Assembly: GCA_031414955.1 (NCBI GenBank)
Contig: JANOQV010000260.1
Span: 1 to 14,590, forward strand
Source: Pedosphaera sp.
Lineage (GTDB): Bacteria > Verrucomicrobiota > Verrucomicrobiia > Limisphaerales > SIBH01
Length of the DNA stretch: 14,590 nt
Direction of reading: 5' to 3'
Position numbers and translations under genes: made by a program. Shown here in pieces: positions 13,868-14,590 of this stretch; the first letter of the stretch is position 1; the number at the start of each line of letters is the position of its first letter. The notes below the pieces were generated by a model. The model made no database searches. It saw only the letters and a list, made by a program, of their open reading frames with translations, and had not been told where the DNA came from.

Positions 13868-14590
13868 ATGAAAAAACCATCAAGGCAAGCGACCTGGAAA
13901 ACCATCTGGGCCGTCTTAATGTTTTCAACTTCGACAGGTTCACCGATCACCGACCTGCGCCTCACCTCCATCGTCCGGGAGGGCGAATGCACCACGCTCA
14001 CCTGGGTCAGCCATCCGGGTGAGTTCTACACCGTGTATTGGACCGACCGTCTCATCCCGCCCATTTTCTGGCGGGTGGCGGAAGTGAACGTGCCCAGTGG
14101 TGGGACCAACACTTCTTGGTCGGAGGGCAATTGCGCGGAGATGATGATGATGCGCCTGGCTTCCTCGCCGACCGCGACCGCGACGAAAGTTTTGTCCCAG
14201 GAGGAAGCGGAGCAATGGCTGGAGTCGAGGCGCGTGCAATCTGATGCGAGCCGCAAGTTGCTCATGGATAAACTTCAGGCGGCCACTCAGCCCAAGGCGA
14301 AGTCCGCCCCGACCACCACGCTCGAAGCGGAGGCACCCGCAGAGGAGAAACCGCCGTCCGGCCCTTCCATGCTGCGCGTGGGCGGCGGTGCGGCCACGGT
14401 CCCGATGACCTTCTATCGCGTGGCCCGCACGGCGGTGGCGGGGTTCGTGGATGGCTGGGGTCCGGGACTCGTGGCGGCTCCCGAGGAGCTGACCAACGCC
14501 TTCGCCATTTCCGCCGGGCCGCGTTACGCCGGGGCGCACAGCCTGGCCATTCGTCCCGATGGACAGGTCTTGGCCTGGGGCGCGAATGGT
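13868..14590 (+). CDS. Exported RCC1/BLIP-II-repeat protein, 5' part (runs off the window; absent from the ORF track)
   Basis: Manual translation of 241 stop-free codons from ATG 13868: MKKPSRQATWKTIWAVLMFSTSTGSPITDLRLTSIVREGECTTLTWVSHPGEFYTVYW...PMTFYRVART...LTNAFAISAGPRYAGAHSLAIRPDGQVLAWGANG. The last segment is an RCC1 repeat (ISAG..HSLA...DG.V.AWG.N). Confidence 0.85.
   Translation, partial: MKKPSRQATWKTIWAVLMFSTSTGSPITDLRLTSIVREGECTTLTWVSHPGEFYTVYWTDRLIPPIFWRVAEVNVPSGGTNTSWSEGNCAEMMMMRLASSPTATATKVLSQEEAEQWLESRRVQSDASRKLLMDKLQAATQPKAKSAPTTTLEAEAPAEEKPPSGPSMLRVGGGAATVPMTFYRVARTAVAGFVDGWGPGLVAAPEELTNAFAISAGPRYAGAHSLAIRPDGQVLAWGANG

Noticed and set aside
13940..14539. 199-aa - strand ORF with an HHHH run
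   Set aside because: Antisense of the open + frame from 13868 that carries the RCC1 repeat; HHHH is the complement of MMMM.
1..14590. CRISPR array, tRNA/rRNA, integrase/transposase or defence system
   Set aside because: No regularly spaced direct repeats, cloverleaf or rRNA-like tracts, or recombinase/nuclease motifs were seen by eye. A covariance-model scan was not possible.

Overview
High-GC chromosomal window. Gene style and families suggest Verrucomicrobiota (Pedosphaera/Limisphaera-like); this is inference, not a database result. In order it holds: the 5' tip of a probable Ser/Thr kinase (-), a secreted beta-propeller-like hypothetical (-), a multidomain lysyl-endopeptidase-like S1 protease (-), a DapF-family epimerase with both catalytic Cys replaced by Ser (+), a NupG-like MFS permease (-), an atypical subtilase with an apparent Glu-His-Ser triad (+), a small secreted hypothetical (+), elongation factor P with a PGN loop tip (-), a two-gene Rieske / cytochrome b-dihaem c fusion complex (+), a LolA-like hypothetical (+), an XRE regulator (-), and a 3'-truncated RCC1-repeat protein missing from the ORF track (+). 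The best lead is a ~70-aa module ending in F[FY]R. It occurs on three unrelated exported proteins (twice C-terminal, once N-terminal and split by an insertion) and coincides with Thr-Asn enrichment, so it may mark a lineage-specific export, anchoring or modification system. Two GTAG-type REP-like elements are present. No rRNA, tRNA, CRISPR array or transposase was seen. All family calls come from motifs recognised by eye.
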